A stretch of DNA of 44,248 nucleotides from Gemmatimonadales bacterium (GTDB taxonomy: Bacteria; Gemmatimonadota; Gemmatimonadetes; Palauibacterales; KS3-K002), in NCBI GenBank assembly GCA_050050535.1, contig JASFTY010000002.1, positions 1-44,248 of the forward strand, given 5' to 3'. The translations under genes were made by a program, and so were the position numbers. Of this stretch, positions 25,365 through 35,132 are shown piece after piece (positions within the stretch are counted from its first letter, which is position 1; each line of letters opens with the position of its first letter). The notes under the pieces were generated by a model, which was given only the letters and a program-made list of their open reading frames with translations, was not told where the DNA came from and searched no databases.

Positions 25365-27350
25365 GTGACGCCGATGAGACGAGAGCTGACGGTCGTAGCG
25401 GTCGACACGGGCGGGACGTTTACCGACTTCGTGGTACTGCGCGGCGCGGAGGTCGCGGTGCACAAGCGTGCCTCCACGCCGGCGAACGCGGCGCAGGCGG
25501 TCCTGGAGGGTCTGCGCGAGATGATCCGTCCGGGCGAGGAGTTCGTGCTGGCTCACGGGTCGACGGTTGCGACGAACGCGCTGCTGGAGCGCCGCGGCGC
25601 CCGCACGGTATGGATCACCAACCGGGGTTTCGAGGACCTGATCGAGATCGGGCGCCAGACGCGCCCTCAGCTCTACGCCCTGGTGAGCGAGCGGGCGGCG
25701 CCGCTGGTGGCAGGGGAAGACCGAATCGGGATCGCCGGTCGCATCCTACACGACGGCAGCGAGGAGAGTCCGCTCGACGCGGAAGAGCTGAAGGGGCTGG
25801 CCGGGCGGGTCGGCGACGCGGAATCGGTGGCGGTCGGCCTGCTGCACAGCTACGCGAATGCGACGCACGAGGAGACTGTCGCCGCGGCGCTCGATCGACT
25901 CGAAATACCGGTGACCTGCTCGGCCCGGCTGCTCCCCGAGTATCGAGAATACGAGCGCTTCTCGACGGCGCTGGTCAACGCCTACGTAGCGCCGCTCGTT
26001 CGCCGCTACCTGGAGGCGCTGGATGGAGAGAGCGGCGCTGCCCGCGTGCGGATCATGGCTTCCGGCGGCGGGGCGTTCTCCGTCGAGCGGGCCGCTCGCG
26101 AGCCGGTCCACACCATACTCTCGGGACCCGCGGGCGGGGTCGTGGCGGCCCTGGAGGCGGCGCAGCGCTGCGGCCTCGAGCGCGTGTTGTCGTTCGACAT
26201 GGGCGGCACCTCGACTGACGTGTCCCTCTGCCCCGGCCGCCCGCTTCACACCAAGGAGTACGAGATCTCAGGGTCCGCAGTGGCGATACCGGTCATCGAT
26301 ATTCATACCGTGGGCGCCGGCGGCGGCTCTATCGCCAGTCGCGATCCGGGCGGCGCGCTCAAGGTGGGGCCCGAGAGTGCCGGCGCGGTACCCGGCCCGA
26401 TCTGCTACGGTCAGGGCGGCACGGCTGTCACGGTCACCGACGCGCACGTTTATCTCGGGCGCATGCCCGCCGAGCTCTTCTTGGGCGGCGAGCAGACCCT
26501 CGACCGTTCTGCGATCGAGAGCCCGCTCGCCGAGTTGGCCGCCCAGCTCGGTGAGTCGCCCGAGAGCGCGGCGCAAGGCATCCTCGAAGTCGCAAACACC
26601 CGGATGGAGGGGGCGCTTCGCCTGATCAGCGTCGAGCGAGGCCACGATCCGGCGAGCCTGGTCCTCGTCGCCTTCGGCGGCGCCGCACCGCTGCACGCAA
26701 CCGAACTGGCCGGCCGGCTCGGCGTGCCCCACGTCCTGGTCCCGCCCGAACCCGGCACGTTGTCGGCCCGTGGTATCCTGGTCGCCGATGTACGCAAGGA
26801 CGCCTCGCGAAGCGTGTTGCGCCACGGCTCCGATGCAGAGCTCGCCGCTTTGGAACCGGTATTCGCCGAGCTCGAGCAGGCGGCCCGCGCCGAGCTCGCA
26901 GCCGAGGGATTCGAGGGCGAGGCCGTGTCGGTGGATCGCGCCATCGACGCCCGCTACAGCGGGCAAAGCTACGAGCTCGGCGTGCCGGCCACAGCCGATT
27001 GGCTCCAGACCTTCCACACCGCCCATCTCGGTCGCTTCGGCTTCAAGCGTGAAGACGCCATCGTAGAAGCAGTCACCCTGCGGGTAACGGCCCGGGCCGG
27101 CGTGACCCGCCCCACCTCGCCACAGATCGAAGCGGCGACGACTCCCGCCGCCGCCGAGCGAACCATACGCGTCTATATAGATGGGGAGTGGCGCGACGTT
27201 CCGCTCTACAGGCGCGACGCGCTGCGCTCCGGCCACAGACTCGACGGACCCGCGGTGATCGCCGAGTACAGCGCCACCACCTGGCTACCCCCGGCCTGGC
27301 ACGCAGAGGTGGCACCCTACGGAGACTTGTTGCTGACGCCGGCTTCGTGA
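25365..27350 (+). CDS. hydantoinase/oxoprolinase A-family protein (HyuA-like)
   Basis: The N-terminus VAVDTGGTFTDFV and the internal MGGTSTDVS are typical of the hydantoinase_A family. The start could instead be the ATG at 25374. No HyuB partner lies in the window. Confidence 0.85.
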   Translation: MTPMRRELTVVAVDTGGTFTDFVVLRGAEVAVHKRASTPANAAQAVLEGLREMIRPGEEFVLAHGSTVATNALLERRGARTVWITNRGFEDLIEIGRQTRPQLYALVSERAAPLVAGEDRIGIAGRILHDGSEESPLDAEELKGLAGRVGDAESVAVGLLHSYANATHEETVAAALDRLEIPVTCSARLLPEYREYERFSTALVNAYVAPLVRRYLEALDGESGAARVRIMASGGGAFSVERAAREPVHTILSGPAGGVVAALEAAQRCGLERVLSFDMGGTSTDVSLCPGRPLHTKEYEISGSAVAIPVIDIHTVGAGGGSIASRDPGGALKVGPESAGAVPGPICYGQGGTAVTVTDAHVYLGRMPAELFLGGEQTLDRSAIESPLAELAAQLGESPESAAQGILEVANTRMEGALRLISVERGHDPASLVLVAFGGAAPLHATELAGRLGVPHVLVPPEPGTLSARGILVADVRKDASRSVLRHGSDAELAALEPVFAELEQAARAELAAEGFEGEAVSVDRAIDARYSGQSYELGVPATADWLQTFHTAHLGRFGFKREDAIVEAVTLRVTARAGVTRPTSPQIEAATTPAAAERTIRVYIDGEWRDVPLYRRDALRSGHRLDGPAVIAEYSATTWLPPAWHAEVAPYGDLLLTPAS

Positions 27351-27390
27351 GCGTGGTACGGCGACGGCCTGGCGCCGTCAGCCCTCGATC

Positions 27391-27400
27391 TTATATATAC
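27391..27400 (+). promoter_or_regulatory. AT-rich TTATATATAC box upstream of the DUF2723 gene (candidate -10 region)
   Basis: An unusually AT-rich decamer in a GC-rich window. It lies about 50 nt upstream of the ATG at 27449, just after a short hairpin (GACGGC-CTGGC-GCCGTC, 27363-27379) that follows hyuA. Confidence 0.25.
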
Positions 27401-27436
27401 AGCCCGCAGTAAACCGGGTCGGGGCCATCGTCAGAC

Positions 27437-27472
27437 AAACGGAAAATCATGGACTCACACGATCGAGGCGTT
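27437..27472 (+). repeat. shared translation-initiation module, copy 2
   Basis: AAACGGAAAATC-ATGGACTCACACGATCGAGGCGTT encodes MDSHDRGV, the same peptide as the ORF at 5798. Confidence 0.6.
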
Positions 27473-29956
27473 CGTTTGCCGAAAGCTGCCGGCGAGTTGC
27501 AGTCACCCTCCAGCTACCAACCGCCTTACCGCCACGCGAGCGTCGCCGGCCTGGCGATATTCCTCCTCTACGTCATCACCCTCGCGCCGACCACGGCGTT
27601 CTGGGATACCAGCGAGTACATCGCCACCGCCCACATCGTCGGCATCCCGCACCCGCCCGGGAACCCGGTCTTCGTGTTGCTGGCCCGCGCCTGGGAGCTG
27701 TTGCTCGCACCGTTCCCACTCTCGGTCGCCGTGAAGATCAACCTCTTCTCGGCGGCGAACGGCGCAGCGGCCGCCGCATTCTGGTTCCTCGTCATCCACC
27801 GGGTGCTGGCTTTCTTCTCCGAGGAGGAAAGCTTCCGCCTCTTGGGGGCTGCCGCCACCACGCTGATCTCCGCCACCGCCTTCACCGTGTGGAACCAGTC
27901 GGTCGTCAACGAAAAAGTCTACACGGTCAGCCTCATGACCATCGCCCTCCTCACCTGGCTGGTCTTCCGCTGGCGCGACAACCTCGGCAAAGGCAAAGAC
28001 GATAACCTGCTCGTCCTCATCGTCTTCCTCCTCGCCCTCTCGCTCGGGAACCACCTGATGGCCTTCCTCGTGGCACCGGCCATCTTCTTCTTCGTTATCT
28101 GGGTGCATCCGCGCGTCCTGCTCCGCTGGCGACTCTATGCCTTCGCCGCCCTCGCCTGGGTCCTCGGACTCTCCGCTCAACTCTTCCTCCCCGTCCGCGC
28201 CGAGAACCGACCCGTGATCAGCGAGGCCGACCCGCGCTGCGAGAGCCTGGTCGACGCGACGGTCGACATCCTGCGCCTCCATCCGCCGCTCTCCCTGCTC
28301 GGCCCGGACACCGAGGCCGACCGCTGCGAGCCGCTCGCCGAGTCGCTGCGGCGCTCGCAGTACCGCAAACCGCCGCTCAACCTGAACCCGATCCACTACC
28401 CGCGCGAGGTGCCGCGCGACCTCGACCTGCTCCGCTGGCAGTTCATCACCTACGCGCAATACTTCGATTGGCAGTGGGCCCGCAGCCTGGACGGCGCCAA
28501 CACCTTCTTCGCCTGGGTCAGGGCACCGTTCACCCTGGTCTTCCTGTTGCTCGGCCTGCTCGGCGCCTGGCGGCACTTCTATGCAGATCGAACGTCGTGG
28601 GTCTACTTCGCGGCGCTCTTCGTCACGGTGTGGTTCGGGCTCGTCTATTATCTGAACTTCAAGTACGGCTATTCCGTACCTGCGAGCGTCGACCCAGGTA
28701 CCGGCGAGTTGCTCGCCGTGCCCCGCGAATGGCGCGAAGTACGTGAACGAGACTACTTCTTCATCGTCTCCTTCTCGCAGTGGGGACTGTGGGCGGGCAT
28801 CGGGCTGGCAGCGCTGTGGCAGATCCTGGCCAAGGCGACCGCCGGGGCTGCGGAGAGACTCTCCTACGATCATTACCGGCGCACCGTGCCGATACTGGCT
28901 CTGGCCTTCCTGCCGCTGCTGCTCAACTGGAAGTATGCCAGCCGCGCCGGCGACTACGCGGCACGCGACTGGGCTTACAACCTGCTCATGTCGGTCGAGC
29001 CCTACGGCGTCGTTTTCACCAACGGCGACAACGACACCTTCCCGCTCTGGTATCTGCAGGAGGTCGAAGGGCTGCGCCGCGATGTCTTAGTCATCGTCTA
29101 TTCCTATCTCGCGACCACGTGGTACGCGGAGCAGTTGCGCGACCTCTCCCGCCCCTGCGACGACGTCGACCCGCTTGCCGACCCGACGGTCATCACCTGC
29201 CAGCGCCCGTTCGTGCCCGAGGAGGCGATACCGATCTACCGCGACCGCGAGTGGCCGGTGCCCACGCGCTCCATCCTCGAGCTGAGCGACGCCGAGATCG
29301 CACAGATACCGGACTGCTTCCCGAGGGACCAACGCACCGGCGCTTGCCAAGTCTTCCCCGACTCGATTCCCGTCCCCATCGGCGATATCGATGGCTTGAT
29401 CGCCGCCGGCGACTACCTGATGCGCAACGACATCATGGTCCTTCGCATCCTGCAGACCACGGCCGGTGACCGACCCGTCTATTTCGCCAGCACCACCGGC
29501 ACCTACGAGCTGTGGAACATCCAGCCGTGGATGGTCCGGCAGGGCGTGGCCTTCAAGGTCGAGACCGGGGAGATCACACCGACCGGAAGTCTGGTGCCGA
29601 TCCCCTCGAACGTACGCGCCCGGGGCGGCCGGCTCCTCCCCTTCTGGGTCGATCTCGACCGGACCGCCGAACTGCTCAACGAGCACTACGTCTTCCGTGA
29701 TATCACCGAGCGAACCTTCTGGCCCGATCTGTCGACCAACGGCATCCCGCTGCAGTACTACCAGGCATTCGTCAACCTGGCGACCGCCTACCTGATCCTC
29801 GGACAGCAGGAGGCCTCGGACCTGGCCGTCGAGCAGGCTCAGCAGTTCCTGGTGGTGGCGCTCGGCGAGGAGTACCTCGTCCCGGCGCAGCCGGCGGACC
29901 AGGCCCCACTCACGCCGGAGGAAGTGCCACCGGACACGGAACAGGGAAGTCCCTAG
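27449..29956 (+). CDS. DUF2723-family membrane protein (TMEM260-like putative glycosyl/mannosyltransferase)
   Basis: 835 aa. The N-terminal motif YVITLAPTTAFWDTSEYIATAHIVGIPHPPGNPVF is the DUF2723 signature. It has many TM helices and a large C-terminal soluble region. Confidence 0.82.
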   Translation: MDSHDRGVRLPKAAGELQSPSSYQPPYRHASVAGLAIFLLYVITLAPTTAFWDTSEYIATAHIVGIPHPPGNPVFVLLARAWELLLAPFPLSVAVKINLFSAANGAAAAAFWFLVIHRVLAFFSEEESFRLLGAAATTLISATAFTVWNQSVVNEKVYTVSLMTIALLTWLVFRWRDNLGKGKDDNLLVLIVFLLALSLGNHLMAFLVAPAIFFFVIWVHPRVLLRWRLYAFAALAWVLGLSAQLFLPVRAENRPVISEADPRCESLVDATVDILRLHPPLSLLGPDTEADRCEPLAESLRRSQYRKPPLNLNPIHYPREVPRDLDLLRWQFITYAQYFDWQWARSLDGANTFFAWVRAPFTLVFLLLGLLGAWRHFYADRTSWVYFAALFVTVWFGLVYYLNFKYGYSVPASVDPGTGELLAVPREWREVRERDYFFIVSFSQWGLWAGIGLAALWQILAKATAGAAERLSYDHYRRTVPILALAFLPLLLNWKYASRAGDYAARDWAYNLLMSVEPYGVVFTNGDNDTFPLWYLQEVEGLRRDVLVIVYSYLATTWYAEQLRDLSRPCDDVDPLADPTVITCQRPFVPEEAIPIYRDREWPVPTRSILELSDAEIAQIPDCFPRDQRTGACQVFPDSIPVPIGDIDGLIAAGDYLMRNDIMVLRILQTTAGDRPVYFASTTGTYELWNIQPWMVRQGVAFKVETGEITPTGSLVPIPSNVRARGGRLLPFWVDLDRTAELLNEHYVFRDITERTFWPDLSTNGIPLQYYQAFVNLATAYLILGQQEASDLAVEQAQQFLVVALGEEYLVPAQPADQAPLTPEEVPPDTEQGSP

Positions 29957-30093
29957 TCTGTTGGGAATTCTCGAATGGTGAGCAAGGGACCAGTGTAACA
30001 GGGGAGGTAGGGAGCTATGGAGCCGTTTCTAACTTCCCCACCTCCCCTGTTCCGCGTTTCCCCTGATCGACATCCGAGAATTCCCAACAGACT
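29955..30093. mobile_element. 139-bp MITE-like imperfect palindrome with perfect 19-bp terminal inverted repeats
   Basis: AGTCTGTTGGGAATTCTCG (29955-29973) and CGAGAATTCCCAACAGACT (30075-30093) are perfect inverted repeats. An inner pair is AACAGGGGAGGTAGGGA / TCCCCACCTCCCCTGTT. TCCC flanks both ends. No transposase is present. Confidence 0.45.
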
Positions 30094-30117
30094 TCCCAAT
30101 TGCCAGCTCGCGATTCT

Positions 30118-32574
30118 CTACTCCGCGACAAGCGCCGCCAGGCCTTCCGGCTCCAGATCCTCTGGGCCGGCGCCGGGGCTCTCGTCACGCACCACACTTG
30201 CGCCGGAGCGCTCATCGAATGTGACGTGCAGAACGTGATCCATGCCTTCCCGGATCGATTCGACGTGCGTGATCAGAATCACCTGCTCGAAACGATCCTG
30301 CAGACGCTGCAGCAGCTGAACAACGCTCTCACGGCGCCGTTCGTCCAGGCCGCCGAACACTTCGTCGAAGATCAGCAGCGACAATGAGTGCCCCGCCCGA
30401 TCGGCGATCATCTGGCTGATCGCCAACCGCAGCACGAGATTCGCAATATCCTCTTCGCCGCCCGAGATGACTTCCTTGACTTCGCCGGCATCCAGAACGA
30501 TCACCTCGTGCGCGGCGCCGATCTCGATCTGGTTGTAACGACCGTCGGTCAGCTCCGTGACGAACACGCTGGCGATCTCCGATAGCTCTGGCCTGACTCG
30601 GTCGTTCAGCTCCTTGCGCAATGCCCCCAGTGCACCGTCCAGTTCGTTGTGTAGACGATAGTCCGCCTCACGCTCGGCAACCGCCTGCGAAATCCGCTTG
30701 TACTCACGCTCCGCCTGCCGCGCCGAGTCCGCCGCCTGCCGCGCGTTCTCCGCCTCCCCCTTGACCCGCTCCAGCTCCACGTTCGCAGCACCCAGAACCT
30801 CGCGCGCCTCCTCGTACTCCTTCTCGGCGCTCCGGTATCTCTCTTCCGAGTAGTCGAGCTCCGACCGCCTCTCCTCCAGATCCGCCAGCTGCGCGCCGAT
30901 CTGCCGCTCTTCCTCCTCCGCCTCCGCCTTTGCCGCCCGCAACTGCGGTTGCCGCTCCAACCTCGTCTCCAGCTGCGTGACCTGAGTACGAAGCTCCTGC
31001 AGCTGTTTCAGACCCGCCCGCACCGCTTCGTGCCGACCCGCGTCGTAACCCTCCGGCAGCGCGGCGATTTCACCGGCTAGCTCGCGCGCCCGCGCCTCCT
31101 CCGCCTCCGTCTCGGCTCTCAGGGCATCAGCCTGCGCCAGCGCCGCCTCGGCCTCCGCCAGCTGGCGGGTAATCCGCTCGGCCTCCTCACGGGCGCGCGC
31201 GAGCTCGTCTCTCCTAGCAACGACGTCGTCGGGCTCCGCGCTCAACTGCTCGAGTCGCTTCTGGTGCCACTTCTCGTCCTGGACGACCTCCTCGTACTGG
31301 CCGCGGACCAGCTCGAGCACCGAGTCGTACTCCGGACCGAGCGCCCGCTTGCAGGTGGGACAGATGCCGTCCGGCCCGGCGGCTTCGAGCTGCTGTATCT
31401 GCGCCGCGAGCTCCTCAGCCTGGGCGCGAAGGATGCGCCGGTTGGCGTCCGCCTCCTGTCGGTCGCGATCCCAGCGGGACGTCGCCTCCTGCTGACGAGC
31501 TTCCAGGTCGTCGCACTCGCCATCCTGTACGGCAAGCTTCTCTCTCAGGTCGCCGCTCGCGCCGCCTCTCTCCGCCGCGGCCGCCGCCTTCTTGTGGAGA
31601 CCGTCCACCCGTTCCCTCTGCCCCTCGAGCTGTCTCTCCAGACTGCCGCGCCGAGCCTCGGCCTCCGCCAGCCTCTGCAGCGAATCGTGCTCCGCCGGCA
31701 GGTCTTCGAGCGGTCTCATCCGGTCCCGAAGCTGCCCCAACTCCTTACCGGCGGCCTGCAGCGTCTCGAGCTCCGCCGCCGTCGCCCTCTGGTCTTTGCA
31801 AACCCGCTCGATCCGGATCCCAGCGACGCGGAGCTCCTCGCTCAGCCGCCCGTACAGCTCGCGCGCTTTCCGCAACTCGTTCCAGGCCGGCTCCAGCTCG
31901 GCGACTCTGGCGGCCGCCTCGGTCCGCCGCCTCTCGGCCTCCGTCACCTGCGCGGTCGCCGCTTTCAGCCGTACCTCGGCCTCGTTCCGCTCGCCTTCGA
32001 TCTCGTCCGGATCACGGAGCGTGCGGCGCAGTTCCTCCACCTGGGCCTTGAGAACGTTGCGCTGCTGGCGCACGCGGTCCTGTGAGATCTTCAACCGCTC
32101 GTAGCCGAGGACCTGGGCCAGGAACCGGCCTCGCTCTGCCGACCCCATGCTCGCCAGGAACTGTAGGTCCTTCTGCTTAGTGAAGTAGGTGTTGAAGAAC
32201 TCGCCGCGGGTCATTCCGAGGCGGCGCGTCAGTTGCCGTGTCACTTCGCCGAGCCCCGCAGCGATCGGATCTTCCTGCTCGAACCGATACAGCTCCGCGG
32301 TCCGTGGCGTCCGGATCACGCGGTAGCGCTCGCCCCGCAACTCGAACTCGAGCTCGGCCTGCACCGTCGAACGGCCGGGCGCTCGGTTGAAGCGCAACGT
32401 GTCTTTCGTGCCGCGGGCCGCCGACGCGCCGTAGATCGTCCAGGCGATCGCCTCGAGAACGGTCGACTTGCCGGCGCCGTTCGGGCCGATGATCCCGGTG
32501 AGACCGGGTCGGAACTCGATCTCGGTATCCGCGTGCTGCCGGAAGTTCTTCAGCGCCAGGCGAAGCAGCCGCAT
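30118..32574 (-). CDS. sbcC: SbcC/Rad50-family SMC-like ATPase
   Basis: N-terminal Walker A GPNGAGKSTVLEAI, a long Glu/Arg/Leu/Ala-rich coiled coil with a central zinc hook (GICPTCKRAL), and a C-terminal Walker B LLIFDEVFGGLD. Confidence 0.88.
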   Translation of the reverse strand: MRLLRLALKNFRQHADTEIEFRPGLTGIIGPNGAGKSTVLEAIAWTIYGASAARGTKDTLRFNRAPGRSTVQAELEFELRGERYRVIRTPRTAELYRFEQEDPIAAGLGEVTRQLTRRLGMTRGEFFNTYFTKQKDLQFLASMGSAERGRFLAQVLGYERLKISQDRVRQQRNVLKAQVEELRRTLRDPDEIEGERNEAEVRLKAATAQVTEAERRRTEAAARVAELEPAWNELRKARELYGRLSEELRVAGIRIERVCKDQRATAAELETLQAAGKELGQLRDRMRPLEDLPAEHDSLQRLAEAEARRGSLERQLEGQRERVDGLHKKAAAAAERGGASGDLREKLAVQDGECDDLEARQQEATSRWDRDRQEADANRRILRAQAEELAAQIQQLEAAGPDGICPTCKRALGPEYDSVLELVRGQYEEVVQDEKWHQKRLEQLSAEPDDVVARRDELARAREEAERITRQLAEAEAALAQADALRAETEAEEARARELAGEIAALPEGYDAGRHEAVRAGLKQLQELRTQVTQLETRLERQPQLRAAKAEAEEEERQIGAQLADLEERRSELDYSEERYRSAEKEYEEAREVLGAANVELERVKGEAENARQAADSARQAEREYKRISQAVAEREADYRLHNELDGALGALRKELNDRVRPELSEIASVFVTELTDGRYNQIEIGAAHEVIVLDAGEVKEVISGGEEDIANLVLRLAISQMIADRAGHSLSLLIFDEVFGGLDERRRESVVQLLQRLQDRFEQVILITHVESIREGMDHVLHVTFDERSGASVVRDESPGAGPEDLEPEGLAALVAE

Positions 32575-32575
32575 C

Positions 32576-33739
32576 TCACTCTCTGTCCTCGAGGATCTCG
32601 GCCTCTTCGGCCTCCTCCAGGTAGCGCAGGCCGAGCTCGATCAGCCCCTCGCGGTCGACCTGCCGCGAGTCAGGCTTCCAACGGTGTTTGAGGAACTCGG
32701 TCAGCTCCTCCTGCAGCGTCAGGCGCCTGCCGGGCGCGCCCGAGCCGCTGCGGCGCGTGACCTGAGGCGGTCGTGCGTCGAGGTTTAGGTGGAGTGCCCG
32801 AGTCCGGTACTCGCGGATCTTTCGATGGTCGAGGTCACGATAAATATCGCGCGGCACATCGTACACGCGCAGGCGGACGATTTTCTCCTCGATGCCGACG
32901 GGCACCGCATCCAGCGCCGATTCGATCAACCCATCGATCTCCTCGGGTGAGAGGTCACGCCCGCTGATCGGCTCCAGGTCGATCACCGGCCGTGGCCCCT
33001 GCAGTTCGTGGAACCTGACGTCCCCGCTCTCCGTATCGAGCTCGACGAACCCCTTCGCTCGATTCGCTTCCGACCAGACATCGATGCTCGTACGCTCGAT
33101 GGCGCCGGGGTAGACCATGTTCGGCGCCAAGCGCTCGTGAAGGTGATAGTGACCGAGCGCCACATAGGTCCACTCCTCGGGCCGCAAGTCGCTGCTCCGC
33201 AACAGAGCCGCCCCGTAGTAACCAACCAGTCTGAGATTCTCATGTGCGGCGTGCGCCATCAGAATGTTGATGCCTGCCTGCGGGTCCGGTCCCATCGCCG
33301 GTTGACTGTCGGCGAACAGCGAGTTGTGGGGTAGGCAGAGTATCGCGGTGTCGAGCTCGGGGAAATGCAGTCGCTTCGGTTCCTGGTGAACGACGTGAAA
33401 GCCCGGGATCTCCGCGAACAGCCTGAGGATGTTCCCAGTCTCCGCAGCGCGCGGCGAGTCGTGATTCCCGGCGATGATGACGACTGACGTGTCGGGCGCC
33501 TGGTCACGGAATACGGCGAACTGGCGGAACGCGTCGGCGATCGCCGCGTTCGACGGGCGCACCGTGTGGAATACGTCACCTGCGATCAGGAACAAGTCCG
33601 GCGCGATCTCCGCGGTCCGTTCAAGCAGCTCCCGAAAGGCGCGAGCGACGTCCGCCTCGCGGATGTTTATGCCGTAGGCATTGGTGCGATGATACGCCCG
33701 GTACCCCAGGTGAAGGTCCGCGCTATGAACCAGCCTCAT
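32576..33739 (-). CDS. sbcD: SbcD/Mre11-family nuclease
   Basis: Calcineurin-like phosphoesterase motifs: HSADLHLG, IAGDVFH, IIAGNHDS, MAHA, GHYH. Its stop lies 1 nt before the sbcC ATG. Confidence 0.9.
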   Translation of the reverse strand: MRLVHSADLHLGYRAYHRTNAYGINIREADVARAFRELLERTAEIAPDLFLIAGDVFHTVRPSNAAIADAFRQFAVFRDQAPDTSVVIIAGNHDSPRAAETGNILRLFAEIPGFHVVHQEPKRLHFPELDTAILCLPHNSLFADSQPAMGPDPQAGINILMAHAAHENLRLVGYYGAALLRSSDLRPEEWTYVALGHYHLHERLAPNMVYPGAIERTSIDVWSEANRAKGFVELDTESGDVRFHELQGPRPVIDLEPISGRDLSPEEIDGLIESALDAVPVGIEEKIVRLRVYDVPRDIYRDLDHRKIREYRTRALHLNLDARPPQVTRRSGSGAPGRRLTLQEELTEFLKHRWKPDSRQVDREGLIELGLRYLEEAEEAEILEDRE

Positions 33740-34623
33740 CTTGCATCCAGAAGCTCGAGAGTTCCCGTCGCATGCCCCGTCAGTTGGAGCTCGACCCCGC
33801 TCTCGGCATGAACGGCGAACATATCGATCTCGTAGTAGCCACCCACGTAGCGCCCGCGATCGATGTCGAACAGAGCCGAGCCCGTCAGGCTGGCCTCCAT
33901 GTGCAACGGTGCGCCGAAGCCGGGCCGCTCGGCCCCCTGCAGATTGGAGAACCTGCCCGACAGCTCGATCACCGCCACGCGCCCCTCATCACGCGGTCGT
34001 AGCTCCAGGAAGGTGTGTTCCAGCTCGAGCGTCATGCTCCCCGCCCCGCTCGCGGCCATCCCCACCGGGAACTCGCCGACGCTCGTCCAGCGATCCCCCA
34101 CCCGCACCGGGGCCTCCGGCAGATAGGTCGGCATCGCGCTCTCCAGTTGCTGGAACTGCCGCGCCAGCCCCGCCAGTTGCGGGTGCGAATAAGTCACCTC
34201 GATCGTCCGCCCGCTGGACGTCATCCTGACCCGCGCCCGCTGCGACAGCAGATCGCGCTGCGACTCGGCCTCAGTCGGTGGCGGCGTAATAGGGCGGCCC
34301 CCGATGTCGCCGGCGAACTCGTAATCGTGCCAGCGCACCTCGTAGACGTACGTACCATCTTCCTCGACCGCCGACAGCCTCTGCTCGTACTCCACCGCCG
34401 TGTGCAGACCCATGCCGGAGGCCAGCGTCTCCATCAACAGCCGCGTTCGGGCGTCCGGCTCACCCTCGCTCACGTACTCTGCCCGCATCTCGATATCGAA
34501 GCTCACGCGATAGTGATTGGTCTGGCCAACCTCATTGGAGAGTCGCAGGACGTACGCCGGCGCTTGGACGGCCACCGTCAACGTGACGGCCGCAACAACG
34601 ACCACAGCGGCTCCCGACCTCAA
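33736..34623 (-). CDS. hypothetical beta-rich protein with N-terminal signal peptide or membrane anchor
   Basis: Same frame as track ORF 33736..34674. I prefer the TTG at comp 34623, 1 nt after the upstream stop, giving (M)RSGAAVVVVAAVTLTVAVQA/PAY. Its stop overlaps the sbcD ATG (ATGA). No family recognised, and no NurA-like motifs seen. Confidence 0.55.
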   Translation of the reverse strand: MRSGAAVVVVAAVTLTVAVQAPAYVLRLSNEVGQTNHYRVSFDIEMRAEYVSEGEPDARTRLLMETLASGMGLHTAVEYEQRLSAVEEDGTYVYEVRWHDYEFAGDIGGRPITPPPTEAESQRDLLSQRARVRMTSSGRTIEVTYSHPQLAGLARQFQQLESAMPTYLPEAPVRVGDRWTSVGEFPVGMAASGAGSMTLELEHTFLELRPRDEGRVAVIELSGRFSNLQGAERPGFGAPLHMEASLTGSALFDIDRGRYVGGYYEIDMFAVHAESGVELQLTGHATGTLELLDAR

Positions 34624-34624
34624 C

Positions 34625-35101
34625 TCAGATCTGCAACGCACCGACAAGAACCACGTAGACCAGCAAGGCGCCAACCAGACTGCCCACGATCGCCTGCTGT
34701 CTCACCTTCGCCGCGAACATCGCCTTGTCCTCCTCCAATTCGCCCCCCCGCTCCGCCAACTTCGCCAACCTGCTCGCGGTCGGCAGCACGATGAAAAGCG
34801 TGGCCAGATAGGCGAGCAGACCGACCACCTGCATTTGGAACAGCCAATGCTCGGGGAACGGCCGGAAAAAGGGTCGCCCCGTAGCAATCATCAGGATCGC
34901 CCCCGCGACGATCGTAACCGTCGCGGCTACCGCCACCAGACCACGGTATAGTCGTCTCGCCGTCCCATAAGCGAACGCGATCGTCTCCGGATGGCCCGAC
35001 CCCCGCGCCCTCGATGTCCACAGGCTCAGCGTGAAGGTTCCGCCGAGCCATAGCGCCACGCCGATAATGTGTAGGAACAGCCAGATGCCCCAGAGCCTCA
35101 T
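34625..35101 (-). CDS. 4-TM integral membrane protein (DUF2269/CopD-like topology)
   Basis: Start at MRLWGIWLFLHIIGVALWLGG (ATG comp 35101), preceded by GGAGG. It has four predicted TM helices. The family call is tentative. Confidence 0.6.
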   Translation of the reverse strand: MRLWGIWLFLHIIGVALWLGGTFTLSLWTSRARGSGHPETIAFAYGTARRLYRGLVAVAATVTIVAGAILMIATGRPFFRPFPEHWLFQMQVVGLLAYLATLFIVLPTASRLAKLAERGGELEEDKAMFAAKVRQQAIVGSLVGALLVYVVLVGALQI

Positions 35102-35132
35102 CTCGCCTCCTGGTTTCGTTTGCGGTCCGCCC

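Noticed and set aside
29951-30097. Clean target-site duplication for the MITE-like element
   Set aside because: TCCC occurs on both sides, but the left copy is separated from the terminal inverted repeat by an extra T. A 4-nt match in GC-rich DNA is weak evidence, so it is reported only as a hint.
33736-34623. Possibility that the 295-aa protein is a diverged NurA nuclease completing a herA-nurA-mre11-rad50 set
   Set aside because: It has an N-terminal hydrophobic signal or anchor and a beta-rich sequence, with no DGS-type or other acidic catalytic motifs that I can see. This cannot be excluded without a structure-based search, so it remains a test within the operon finding.
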